From assembly GCA_038330145.1 (NCBI GenBank), contig JBBQNR010000001.1:10500-74499 (forward strand): a stretch of DNA of 64,000 nucleotides, read 5' to 3'. A program made the translations under genes and the position numbers. Source of the DNA: Solirubrobacterales bacterium. Lineage in GTDB: Bacteria; Actinomycetota; Thermoleophilia; Solirubrobacterales; JBBDJG01. This document shows positions 56,350 through 64,000 of this stretch, one piece after another. The notes under the pieces were generated by a model. It ran no database searches. It was not told where the DNA came from and was given only the letters and a program-made list of their open reading frames with translations. How positions within the stretch are numbered: the first letter of the stretch is position 1; every line of letters starts with the position of its first letter.

Positions 56350-57879
56350 ATGCACCACACCCACCGTGAGCACACGCTCACGAGGAGCGCCTTTGGCGGG
56401 CTTGCCGCCCTGGCCGGCATCGCGGTGCTCCTCGTCGCCCTGGCCGCATCTCTGTCGATGCCGGCAGTGGCCGGAGCGAAGGACCGCTCCTTCACCGCAG
56501 TCAAGGTGAAGCACGGAGTGGCGACTTTCAGGTTGAAGCACGTATCGCCGCGGCAGATCCGCTCGGCGCACGTCCTCGGGCCCAAGGGCACGAAGCGGCT
56601 GTCGCTGAAGCGCATCCGTCGCGCTGCCCGGCGCGGCTACCTGCGCACCAGGATCTCGCGTCACGGCAAGCACAGGCTGCACGTGAGGTCCAAGCGGGCC
56701 CGTCGCTCTGCTTGGTCGAGGCGACGTTCCAAGAAGACCGACCCGACACCGCCGCCGACGACCACACCGCCACCGACCAACACGCCACCACCGACGAACA
56801 CACCACCGCCGACCAACACGCCACCACCGACGACCACACCACCGACCGACCCGATTCTGGTGATCGAGACGCCCGATCCTCCGACTCCCCCGGAGACCGG
56901 TGCCTGCACGACTGACCTGAATCAGTTCGCTCCCGGCCAATCGCCGGCGGCATGCTGGCGGGCGTACGCGGACACGAGCCCGTTCAACCGGCTGATACCG
57001 GCCGGCGCGCGTCTCACGTCCGATTCGTCGTCGCTTGTCGCGAATCTGCGTTCGGAGGGAAGCGGGCCCAAGAGCGGCAGGGCCAACATCCCCGAGGGCG
57101 ACGACTACCACAAGAACATCTACTGGGCCCGCAGCACGGACCCGGAGTACACCGTCATCGGTGGCTCGACGACCGCACCCTACGACGTCGACGGCCGCAA
57201 GGTGCGCATGCCCGACGGAGCACGCCAGACTGCTGGCGGCGACGCCCATCTGGGCATCGTCTACAACGGCGAGGAGTGGTGCTTTTACCAGGCGTCGGTC
57301 AACCCGACGGCAAGGACGATCACCGTCAACTCCGGGCGACGGATCTCGCTCGCGGGCGACGGCCGCAACGCAGCCGCAACCTCGGCACGCTTCGGCTGTC
57401 TCGCGGGCCGCATCCGCTACCCGGAGTTCGCGGCCGGGCAGATCAACCACGCGATCTTCATGAGCGCGTCGACGACCGGCTCGGGCTTCGTCTACCCGGC
57501 ACTGAAGTCGGACGGCCCCAAGGGCGCCGGCTATCCACCGATGGGAACGCGCTTCCAGCTCGATCCGTCCTACGCGACGGATGCATGGCTGGCAGGGTTC
57601 CCGGCGTGGAAGCGGGCGATCCTGCGCGCGCTGCGTGACTACGGTGGATACCTCGGTGACACCACCAGCGGCGGCTGGACGGCGATGCCGTTCGAGTCGG
57701 AGGTCGGGTACTACTCGTTCGGCCTACCACGGCCGTTCGCAGCATATGCGAGCTCGCGTGACTCGACCGATGGCGACATCTCCCTGTCGGGAGGCACGTA
57801 CTACTTCAACCTGGCGAGCGGCGTGGACTGGTCCAGGCTGCGGGTCCTGGACCCGTGCGTCGCGCAGGGCACCTGCTAG
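56350..57879 (+). CDS. Secreted protein, paralogue 1: signal peptide, K/R-rich region, Pro-Thr linker, and unknown ~320-aa C-terminal domain
   Basis: ATG 56350 follows AAGGAAGGGG. Signal peptide LAALAGIAVLLVALAASLSMPAVAGA. The C-terminal domain shares CWR.Y.D.SPFN, GGD.H, GDG.N.AAT.ARFG.LAGRIR, INHA, YPPMGTRFQL, RDYGGYLGDTT and DPCV...TC with the genes at 58256 and 63197. Confidence 0.8.
   Translation: MHHTHREHTLTRSAFGGLAALAGIAVLLVALAASLSMPAVAGAKDRSFTAVKVKHGVATFRLKHVSPRQIRSAHVLGPKGTKRLSLKRIRRAARRGYLRTRISRHGKHRLHVRSKRARRSAWSRRRSKKTDPTPPPTTTPPPTNTPPPTNTPPPTNTPPPTTTPPTDPILVIETPDPPTPPETGACTTDLNQFAPGQSPAACWRAYADTSPFNRLIPAGARLTSDSSSLVANLRSEGSGPKSGRANIPEGDDYHKNIYWARSTDPEYTVIGGSTTAPYDVDGRKVRMPDGARQTAGGDAHLGIVYNGEEWCFYQASVNPTARTITVNSGRRISLAGDGRNAAATSARFGCLAGRIRYPEFAAGQINHAIFMSASTTGSGFVYPALKSDGPKGAGYPPMGTRFQLDPSYATDAWLAGFPAWKRAILRALRDYGGYLGDTTSGGWTAMPFESEVGYYSFGLPRPFAAYASSRDSTDGDISLSGGTYYFNLASGVDWSRLRVLDPCVAQGTC
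56746..56850 (+). repeat. Coding tandem repeat, ~5.5 copies of an 18-bp unit encoding (PPPTNT)n
   Basis: ccgccgacgaccacaccg / ccaccgaccaacacgcca / ccaccgacgaacacacca / ccgccgaccaacacgcca / ccaccgacgaccacacca. Confidence 0.85.
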
Positions 57880-57910
57880 GGCCCTCAAAACCGGACAAGA
57901 AGTAGTTCGA

Positions 57911-57940
57911 GGCGCCCGCTCCCGGAAGGGGGCGGGCGCC
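57911..57940 (+). terminator. Strong GC hairpin after secreted paralogue 1
   Basis: ggcgcccgctccc-ggaa-ggggcgggcgcc forms a ~13-bp stem with a GGAA loop, 31 nt after the stop. There is no U tract. Confidence 0.5.
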
Positions 57941-58255
57941 GCTCATTCCGCCTGTGAGCAAGATCGGCCCACATCACGCAATCCATGGCTACGCTGGGGG
58001 AGAGCAATGTCGCAAAGAGCGACTTTTCGCTCTACACCGGGGGTTTCCGGTTGTGCGTTGGTGCCCCGGGTTGACGTGTTATAGGGTGTTAGCTGTCTAG
58101 CTCTCGTGCCGTACCGCGCCATCAGCGTCCGGCGTAGGTGCGGCGGCGTCGCACTGCGGCAGGCATGAGCGATGCTCCGGCTGGGTATGGGGCAAGGACG
58201 AGTTGGCAAGCAAGCCGGCCCGAAGTTAGGGATGGCGAACGGGAAAACGGGAGGC

Positions 58256-60016
58256 ATGATGCAGGGAAGTTCACGCAGGGTGTTGAAGCCGCTGGTCGCG
58301 CTGTTGGTGCTGGTCTTGGTGGCGCTGGCCGGCGCGCCCGCGATGGCGGTGGAGGAATCGCCGCCCGTGTTGCGCCAGTTCGGCATGGAGACCGGCGACT
58401 TCTCGCGCTTCGATAAGACCGCCGCGACGGCCGGGTCGGTGACCATCGATGGCAACCGAACCTACGGCGGCGAGTACTCCGCCCACGCCCATTACGAGGG
58501 ACTCAACCGCCCCGGCTTCGCGCTGACCGCGTTCGACGTCGAGTGGGCCGGCGGTGACGACGTCTGGTACGGCGCCGGCTTCTACCTGCCCCTCACGTTC
58601 CCGGCGTCACAGCACGCGGACGTGATGCTCGTCGGCTGGGACAACCGCCCGACTTACCAGTCGGGGGCCGACTACAGCGGCGTCGTGATTGCGGCGTCCG
58701 ACCACAAGGCGTATCTGGTCAGAGGCAAGGCCGATGGGAGCCAGCGCGAGGTACTGGCTGGACCCATCGACGTTCCCCTCGGCCGCTGGTTCTTCACCGA
58801 GGTCCACCAGAGGCTCGATGGCGCCAAGGGCGTGAACGAGCTGTTCGTGGACGGCGAGCTGGAGAGCAAGTCCGACAGGCCCAACACTTACGGCCGCGCG
58901 GCCGATCAGGTGCGCTACGGGATGCTCGGCCTTCAGCAGCTGACACCGCTCGACCTCTGGTTCGACCGCGCCGTCGCGCGCAAAAGCGGCAGCGACCGCA
59001 CCTGCAACTGGGGGGTCACCGCCTCGCCCTGGATGACCGAGTCCGGCAGCTACATCGCCGCCGCCAAGCACGAGGGCGGCTACCCGGTCGGATGCTGGCG
59101 CCCGTACTCCGACGCCAGTCCCTTCAATCAGCGCATCCCCGAGGACGCCCGGGTCGACTCGGGCTCAGCCCAGATGGTGAAGCGGCTCACCGACGCCGGC
59201 ATGCCCACCGATCGTCGCGCCGGCATCGCCGATACCTCGGAGGACTTCTACAAGCCGACCTACTGGGCCCGCCCCACCGATCCGTTGGTACGCCTCAACG
59301 CGACCGGCAGCTCCCCGCAGATCGACGGCGATCTGATCCGGGTGCCGGTCGGGGCCCGCCCGGCCGGCGGCAGCGACCGTCACATGACGATCGTGCAACC
59401 GGACGGCTGGGAGTACGACCTCTGGCACGCGGAGCCGGTCTCCGGCGGAGTGCTGAGCTACAACGCCGGCCGCAAGATCCCCATCGTCGGCGACGGCCTC
59501 AACTCGGCCGCGACGGCCTCGCGCTTCGGCAACCTCGCCGGGCGGATCAGAGCGCAGGAGATGGAGGTGGGCCAGATCAACCACGCCTTCTTCATGGCCG
59601 CCTCGACGACCGCCACCACGGCCGTCTACCCGGCCGCGAAGAGCGATGGGAACAGGGACCCAGCCGCGGGCTATCCGCCGATGGGGACGCGCTTCCAGCT
59701 CCAGATCAGCGACGCGGAGCTGTCACGCTTCCCCTACTGGAAGCAGGCGGTTCTGCGCGCGTTCCGCGACTACGGCGGGTATCTCGGCGACACCACCGGG
59801 TCGCCCTGGACCTTCGCGGCGCTCGAGTCGGGCTCGTCGTACACGAGCTTCGGCCTCGAGGACCGCATGGTCACGTTCGCCCGCCAGGCGATGCAGCAAG
59901 GCCAGGGCGGAATCGACTACAGCGGTGGCATCTATTACTTCGACATCGCCTCCGGGGTCGACTGGGCGAATCGCCTGCGCGTGATCGACCCCTGCGTGAC
60001 CGAGCGCACCTGTTAG
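58256..60016 (+). CDS. Secreted protein, paralogue 2: signal peptide, ConA-like/polysaccharide-lyase-like N-domain, and the same unknown C-terminal domain
   Basis: ATG 58256 follows GGGAGG. Signal peptide LVALLVLVLVALAGAPAMA. The N-domain pattern is WYGAGFYLP...GRWFFTEVHQRL...NELFVDGEL...VRYGMLGL. The C-domain carries the motifs listed for paralogue 1. Confidence 0.8.
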   Translation: MMQGSSRRVLKPLVALLVLVLVALAGAPAMAVEESPPVLRQFGMETGDFSRFDKTAATAGSVTIDGNRTYGGEYSAHAHYEGLNRPGFALTAFDVEWAGGDDVWYGAGFYLPLTFPASQHADVMLVGWDNRPTYQSGADYSGVVIAASDHKAYLVRGKADGSQREVLAGPIDVPLGRWFFTEVHQRLDGAKGVNELFVDGELESKSDRPNTYGRAADQVRYGMLGLQQLTPLDLWFDRAVARKSGSDRTCNWGVTASPWMTESGSYIAAAKHEGGYPVGCWRPYSDASPFNQRIPEDARVDSGSAQMVKRLTDAGMPTDRRAGIADTSEDFYKPTYWARPTDPLVRLNATGSSPQIDGDLIRVPVGARPAGGSDRHMTIVQPDGWEYDLWHAEPVSGGVLSYNAGRKIPIVGDGLNSAATASRFGNLAGRIRAQEMEVGQINHAFFMAASTTATTAVYPAAKSDGNRDPAAGYPPMGTRFQLQISDAELSRFPYWKQAVLRAFRDYGGYLGDTTGSPWTFAALESGSSYTSFGLEDRMVTFARQAMQQGQGGIDYSGGIYYFDIASGVDWANRLRVIDPCVTERTC

Positions 60017-60029
60017 GGCGAAACGTTCC

Positions 60030-60057
60030 GGGACAGGTCGCCCAGGCGGCCTGTCCC
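60030..60057. terminator. Hairpin between convergent paralogue 2 and a glycosyltransferase gene
   Basis: gggacagg-tcgcccaggcgg-cctgtccc forms an 8-bp stem. Confidence 0.45.
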
Positions 60058-60071
60058 GCAATCTAGTGGCC

Positions 60072-61076
60072 CTAGCCGAGCACCTTTTCGAGCACCGCCA
60101 GTAGGCCGGCGACGTAGTTGTCGGGGCCGTAGCGGCTGAGGGCTACGGCGCGGGCGCGTTCGGTCATCCCGGCAACCTCCTGCTCGTTGGCCGGGTCCAT
60201 CACCCAGCGCAGCGCGGCGATCAGCGCAGCCGGGTCCGCCGGCGGCACGATCAGCCCGGTCCTGCCGTCCTCGACGTACTCGCGCACACCCATCGTGTCG
60301 ACGACGATCACGGGCTTGCCGAGCACCATCGCGTTCAGGTACGTCTGCTCGCCTGCGCTTCGGTCCGAGCGCCCCTGAAGCGCGACCACAACGACCACCG
60401 CGCTGCGAAACAGGCGCATGAACTCATCGTGCGGAACGCGGCCGGCGCGCACGTTCGGCGGCAGCGCTGCCAGCTGGTCGGTGGAGAGGCGGCCGGTGGC
60501 GAGCGTGAAGTCGGAGTCGATCTCGCGCGCGGCTGCGATCAGGGGGCCGTAGTCGCGGTGCGAGTCCCCACCGGCGAACACACCGCCGCCGCGGTCGACC
60601 GGCTCGGCCAGCTCCTGCTCCGAGAGCGTGTAGTAGTAGGGCGCGACGTGCACGCGCTCGGCCGCAACTCCCCACAGCTCGGGAAAGCGCTCCTGCTGCT
60701 GGGCGGAATGGACGCAGTAGTGGACGTGGGCGCCGTCCAGGAACCGGATCCCTGCTCTGGTGACGAGGCGGTCCAGCCTCGAGCCGCCGCTGCCCCAGAC
60801 GCAATCGGCGACGATCACCTTCGGCGGCCGGCGCCTGCGGCCGATCGCCGCGGCGGCGGCCAGCTCGCGCAGGGGAGAGCCGGAGCCGTTCAGGAACAGC
60901 GCCCTGTAGTCCTTGGCGGCCCGCAAAAGCCGGCGTACGAGACCCAGATTCGAGATCGCGCTCGGATCCACCATGTCGAGGCGCTCGACCCACTCGTGGC
61001 GGCGGGGGAAGTAGAGCGTCGTGAGGGCGGGCTTGCGAGGCTGCTGGGCTGCCACGTCGGTCATCTTGGCGCACAT
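60072..61076 (-). CDS. Glycosyltransferase (GT-B fold, GT1/GT4-like)
   Basis: The C-terminal half reads GEQTYLNAMVLGKPVIVVDTMGVREYVEDGRTGLIVPP (EX7E-like). The N-half is divergent. Confidence 0.7.
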   Translation of the reverse strand: MCAKMTDVAAQQPRKPALTTLYFPRRHEWVERLDMVDPSAISNLGLVRRLLRAAKDYRALFLNGSGSPLRELAAAAAIGRRRRPPKVIVADCVWGSGGSRLDRLVTRAGIRFLDGAHVHYCVHSAQQQERFPELWGVAAERVHVAPYYYTLSEQELAEPVDRGGGVFAGGDSHRDYGPLIAAAREIDSDFTLATGRLSTDQLAALPPNVRAGRVPHDEFMRLFRSAVVVVVALQGRSDRSAGEQTYLNAMVLGKPVIVVDTMGVREYVEDGRTGLIVPPADPAALIAALRWVMDPANEQEVAGMTERARAVALSRYGPDNYVAGLLAVLEKVLG

Positions 61077-61143
61077 CGGCGACCGCCCCGCTTTTCTAAA
61101 GAGGTTGGGCCTCCGGCCGAGAACTAGATAGGGCCATCCGCCT

Positions 61144-62277
61144 ATGCTTCACCAATCTGCTTCCAGCAACGCAACCGAACAACACGCCGCCCTGCCCGCT
61201 GAGCCGGCGGGTGCGCGCGTGGGCGATCTGACGCTGGAGCCAATCGACTCCTTCGAGGTCGCCCCGCAGGAGTGGGGCGGGCTCGCGGAGCGCAGCGGCA
61301 ACCTGTTCGCGACGCGCGAGTGGGCCGAGACCTGGTGGCGGCATTTCGGCGACGGAAGGCCCCTGCTGCTGACCGCCTGTCGCGGGTCGGGGGGAAGCTT
61401 GGCCGCGGTGCTTCCTCTCTACATGGCCTCCGGCCGCCCGCTGCGAACTCTGCGCTTCCTCGGGCACGGCCCCGCTGACCAGCTCGGGCCCGCCTGCGAC
61501 CCCGCCGACAGCGCCGCCGTCGCCGCCGGCCTGAAGAGCGGGTTGAAGCGGAGGCACTGGCCGTGGGACATCTTCATCGCCGAGCGCCTCAGTGGCTCCG
61601 AGCACTGGGGGTCGTTGCTCGGAGGAAAGGTGCTTCAGAAGGAGTCGAGCCCTGTCATGACCACCGGCGGCCTGGGCTGGGACGCCTACCTGGCCTCGCG
61701 CAGCTCCAACTTCCGGCAGCAGGTGACGCGCCGGGAGCGAAAGCTCGCGCGCGAGCACGAGATCCGCTACCGGCTCGCCGATCGCGACTCCTTCGAGGCC
61801 GACTTCGAGCGGCTGGTCCAGCTCCACGAGTTGCGCTGGGGAGAGCGCTCTCCTGCCTTCGTCGGCCCGCTGAAGGGCTTCCATCGCGATTTTGCCTCCG
61901 TCGCGCTCGACCGCGGCTGGTTGCGCCTGTGGTCGCTCGAGGTCGACGGCACGACGGTTGCGGCCTGGCACGGCTTTCGCTTCGGAGGCTTCGAGAGCTA
62001 CTACCAGTCGGGGCGCGATCCCGAGTGGGACAGCCACCGCGTCGGCTTCGTGCTGCTGACGCACACGATGCGCGAAGCCTTCAACGACGGCATGGGTGAG
62101 TACCGCATGCTGCGGGGAGCCGAGGCCTACAAGGACCGGTTCGCCAACGAGGATCACCACATAGAGACCTTCACGCTGGCACGTGGAGTCGGCAGGGCGG
62201 CATCCGCGCTCGGCGGCGCGGCGCGCAGGACGATGCCGGCGCGAGTCAGACGCCGGCTCGCGCGCCTCGCCGGATGA
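61144..62277 (+). CDS. GNAT-fold acyltransferase of the CelD/BcsL (FemAB-like) type
   Basis: EWGGLAERSGNLFATREWAETWWRHF...LELDGTTVAAWHGFRFGGFESYYQSGRDPEW...YRMLRGAEAYKDRF is typical of CelD-like proteins found in polysaccharide loci. Confidence 0.7.
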   Translation: MLHQSASSNATEQHAALPAEPAGARVGDLTLEPIDSFEVAPQEWGGLAERSGNLFATREWAETWWRHFGDGRPLLLTACRGSGGSLAAVLPLYMASGRPLRTLRFLGHGPADQLGPACDPADSAAVAAGLKSGLKRRHWPWDIFIAERLSGSEHWGSLLGGKVLQKESSPVMTTGGLGWDAYLASRSSNFRQQVTRRERKLAREHEIRYRLADRDSFEADFERLVQLHELRWGERSPAFVGPLKGFHRDFASVALDRGWLRLWSLEVDGTTVAAWHGFRFGGFESYYQSGRDPEWDSHRVGFVLLTHTMREAFNDGMGEYRMLRGAEAYKDRFANEDHHIETFTLARGVGRAASALGGAARRTMPARVRRRLARLAG

Positions 62278-63041
62278 GCGACGTGCTCGTCATCTGCTAC
62301 CACGCGGTGAGCGAGCGCTGGACCGCGCGGCTGTCGATCACGCCGAAGCTGCTCGAGGGCCAGCTTCGGTGGCTGCTCGACCGCGGCTACCGCGGCACGA
62401 CCTTCACCCAGGCGGTAACGGCGCCGCCCTCGGGGAGGACCGTGGCAGTCACCTTCGACGATGCCTTCCTGTCCGTGTACGAGCAGGCGTATCCGATCTT
62501 GGCCCGTCTCGGCCTTCCCGCCACCGTGTTCGTGCCGACGTCCCTGATCGGGACCGGGGAGCCGATGGCCTGGCCCGGGATAGACGAGTGGCTCGGTGGA
62601 CCCTACGAGTCCGAGCTGGTCGGCATGTCCTGGCAGCAGGCGAGCGAGCTCGCCGACGGAGGCTGGGAGATCGGCTCGCACACCCGCACGCACCCTCACC
62701 TGACCGAGTTGGACGGGGAGACGCTGGTGAAGGAGCTGGAGGGATCGCGCGATCAGCTCGAGCAGCGCCTTGGGCGCCCCTGCCCCTCGCTGGCCTACCC
62801 TTACGGCGACGTAGACGAGCGCGTGGCGCAGGCTGCCTCACAGGCGGGCTACCGGACCGCCGCCGGGCTGCCCGGGCGCCCGGAGTCCCCTGATCCGCTG
62901 CGCTGGCCGCGCGAGGGCATCTACTGGTACGACGACATTCCCAAGTTCCGGCGCAAGGTGGCACTGCCGCTGCGGCGCCTGCGCGCGTCCCGGCTGTGGC
63001 CGCTGATGTATTCCGGCCGCCGTAAATTGCGGGGCTTTTAA
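62274..63041 (+). CDS. Polysaccharide deacetylase (NodB domain)
   Basis: VAVTFDDAFLSVY, ATVFV, and GSHTRTHPHL. ATGA overlap with the acyltransferase gene. Confidence 0.85.
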   Translation: MSDVLVICYHAVSERWTARLSITPKLLEGQLRWLLDRGYRGTTFTQAVTAPPSGRTVAVTFDDAFLSVYEQAYPILARLGLPATVFVPTSLIGTGEPMAWPGIDEWLGGPYESELVGMSWQQASELADGGWEIGSHTRTHPHLTELDGETLVKELEGSRDQLEQRLGRPCPSLAYPYGDVDERVAQAASQAGYRTAAGLPGRPESPDPLRWPREGIYWYDDIPKFRRKVALPLRRLRASRLWPLMYSGRRKLRGF

Positions 63042-63196
63042 CGGCCCCGGTGGCGCGGCCCCAGGTTCCGCCCCGGTGGGGTCCAATAACGCCTGTATAC
63101 TCGCGCGCCTCGAAGCATCCGAGAAGGCACCAACTCAGGGTCCAGCGGAAATGGACCCTCGCCAGCCACACGGACGTCTTGCGCTCGCCAACCGCC

Positions 63197-64000
63197 ATGC
63201 TTCTGCTCACCGTCGCGCTCGTAACAGCGATCGCGTCTGCGGCAGTGATGCCGCCCGCGACCGCGCAGGCGGCGCCGCAGGACCCCTGCGCGCCGGCCTA
63301 CGGGTCCTTCACTGCCGGCAACTGGCCGCCCGCCTGCTGGCGGCCGTACTCGGACGCCAGCCCGTTCAACGTCCGGGTGCCACCGAACCCCACGCTCAAT
63401 CCGCGCTCGGCCCAGATCGTCCAGCGCCTGCTCGGCTTCGGGCCCCCGAACCCTGAGCGAGCCGGCCATGCGGACGGCGGCAACGACTTCGACAAGCCCG
63501 TCTACTTCGCCCAGCCCGGTGACCCCGTAGTGACTCTGAACGGCTCCGGTACCTCCCCTATCGACGGCGAGAGGATCCACGTGCCGGCGGGGGCCCGGCC
63601 CGCGAGCGGCGGCGACGCCCACATGACGATCGTGGAGTCCAACGGCTGGGAGTACGACCTCTACCAGGCCCACGAGCCCTCGGCGGGAGTGCTGAGCTAC
63701 AGCTCCGGGCGCAAGATCCGTATCGACGGCGATGGGCTCAACTCTGCCGCGACCGCCTCGCGCTTCGGCAACCTGGCCGGCAAGGTGACGGAGCCCGAGC
63801 TGCGGGCCGGAGTCATCAACCACGCGCTCGTGATGGCGATCAACTGCACGTCGGGCAGCTTCGTCTGGCCGGCGATGAAGACCGATTCCAAGTGCTCCAA
63901 CCCCACCGACGCGCCGCCGATGGGAGCTCATTTCTGGCTCGCCATGAGCGACGGCCAGATCAACGCACTGCCGGTCCCGGCGTGGAAGAAGACGATCCTG
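63197..64000 (+). CDS. Secreted protein, paralogue 3 (partial, runs off the window): signal peptide directly followed by the unknown C-terminal domain
   Basis: This ORF is not in the track because it is open at the window end. My translation from ATG 63197 is MLLLTVALVTAIASAAVMPPATAQAAPQDPCAPAYGSFTAGNWPPACWRPYSDASPFNVRVP...GGDAHMTIVESNGWEYDLYQA...GDGLNSAATASRFGNLAGKV...INHALVMA...PPMGAHFWL. Confidence 0.8.
   Translation, partial: MLLLTVALVTAIASAAVMPPATAQAAPQDPCAPAYGSFTAGNWPPACWRPYSDASPFNVRVPPNPTLNPRSAQIVQRLLGFGPPNPERAGHADGGNDFDKPVYFAQPGDPVVTLNGSGTSPIDGERIHVPAGARPASGGDAHMTIVESNGWEYDLYQAHEPSAGVLSYSSGRKIRIDGDGLNSAATASRFGNLAGKVTEPELRAGVINHALVMAINCTSGSFVWPAMKTDSKCSNPTDAPPMGAHFWLAMSDGQINALPVPAWKKTIL

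Noticed and set aside
56700-56900. Short regularly spaced repeats that could be mistaken for a CRISPR-like array
   Set aside because: The 18-bp units are contiguous with no spacers and in frame. They encode a Pro-Thr linker inside a well-supported CDS. No CRISPR array or cas gene is seen anywhere in the window.
57990-58080. Possible second GEMM-like riboswitch upstream of paralogue 2 (gtcgcaaagagc ... gccccgggttgacg)
   Set aside because: Only two short fragments resemble GEMM-I blocks. The GGCAAACC block and the GNRA hairpin are absent and the spacing is wrong. A similar look at ggggcaagg...gcaagcaagcc near 58190-58220 also fails.
60061-60075. 10-mer ctagtggccc identical to the left terminus of element copy B (36730-36739)
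   Set aside because: This is a single short match with no further similarity on either side. It overlaps the stop codon of the glycosyltransferase gene. Chance in a 64-kb GC-rich window cannot be excluded.
63038-63931. 297-aa minus-strand ORF and the 126-aa plus ORF 63076..63456
   Set aside because: Both overlap the third secreted paralogue, whose frame (ATG 63197, open to 64000) shows strong motif-level homology to the two upstream paralogues.

Overview
High-GC (about 70%) bacterial chromosome segment. The gene order matches the conserved Actinomycetota backbone: (rsmD)-coaD ... yceD-rpmF-plsX-acpP-rnc-smc-ftsY ... ffh-rpsP-KH-trmD-rplS-lepB-rnhB-yraN-comM-dprA ... xerC-whiG. The taxon (possibly Thermoleophilia/Solirubrobacterales-like) is inferred from synteny only. 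Roughly the first 39 kb is housekeeping with a few inserted cassettes: an ABC-2 exporter, a sulfite reductase plus Ser/Thr kinase, and ilvD/thiD with small hypotheticals. From about 39 kb the content becomes accessory. It holds a block bracketed by two SnoaL-like paralogs, and a tRNA-Gly/Cys/Val cluster split by a 3.3 kb insert. A decayed kinase fragment lies beside tRNA-Val, followed by a 15 kb Wzx/Wzy-type exopolysaccharide locus (48.3-63.0 kb). The most interesting signal is inside that locus: a sequence closely matching the c-di-GMP-I (GEMM-I) riboswitch core sits directly upstream of the first of three paralogous secreted proteins. These share a roughly 320-aa C-terminal domain that I cannot assign to any named family. 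Other notable items: (1) a 115-170 nt structured element in two copies, each next to an RNase H gene, with compensatory base changes between copies; (2) an in-frame TAG cutting off the last dsRBD helix of RNase III; (3) several housekeeping genes whose only plausible starts are CTG codons; (4) ribosomal protein L19 with a roughly 125-aa acidic tail. Many of the long ORFs in the track are antisense or out-of-frame shadows typical of high-GC DNA, and I rejected them. All calls come from reading the sequence and from remembered family motifs; no searches were run.
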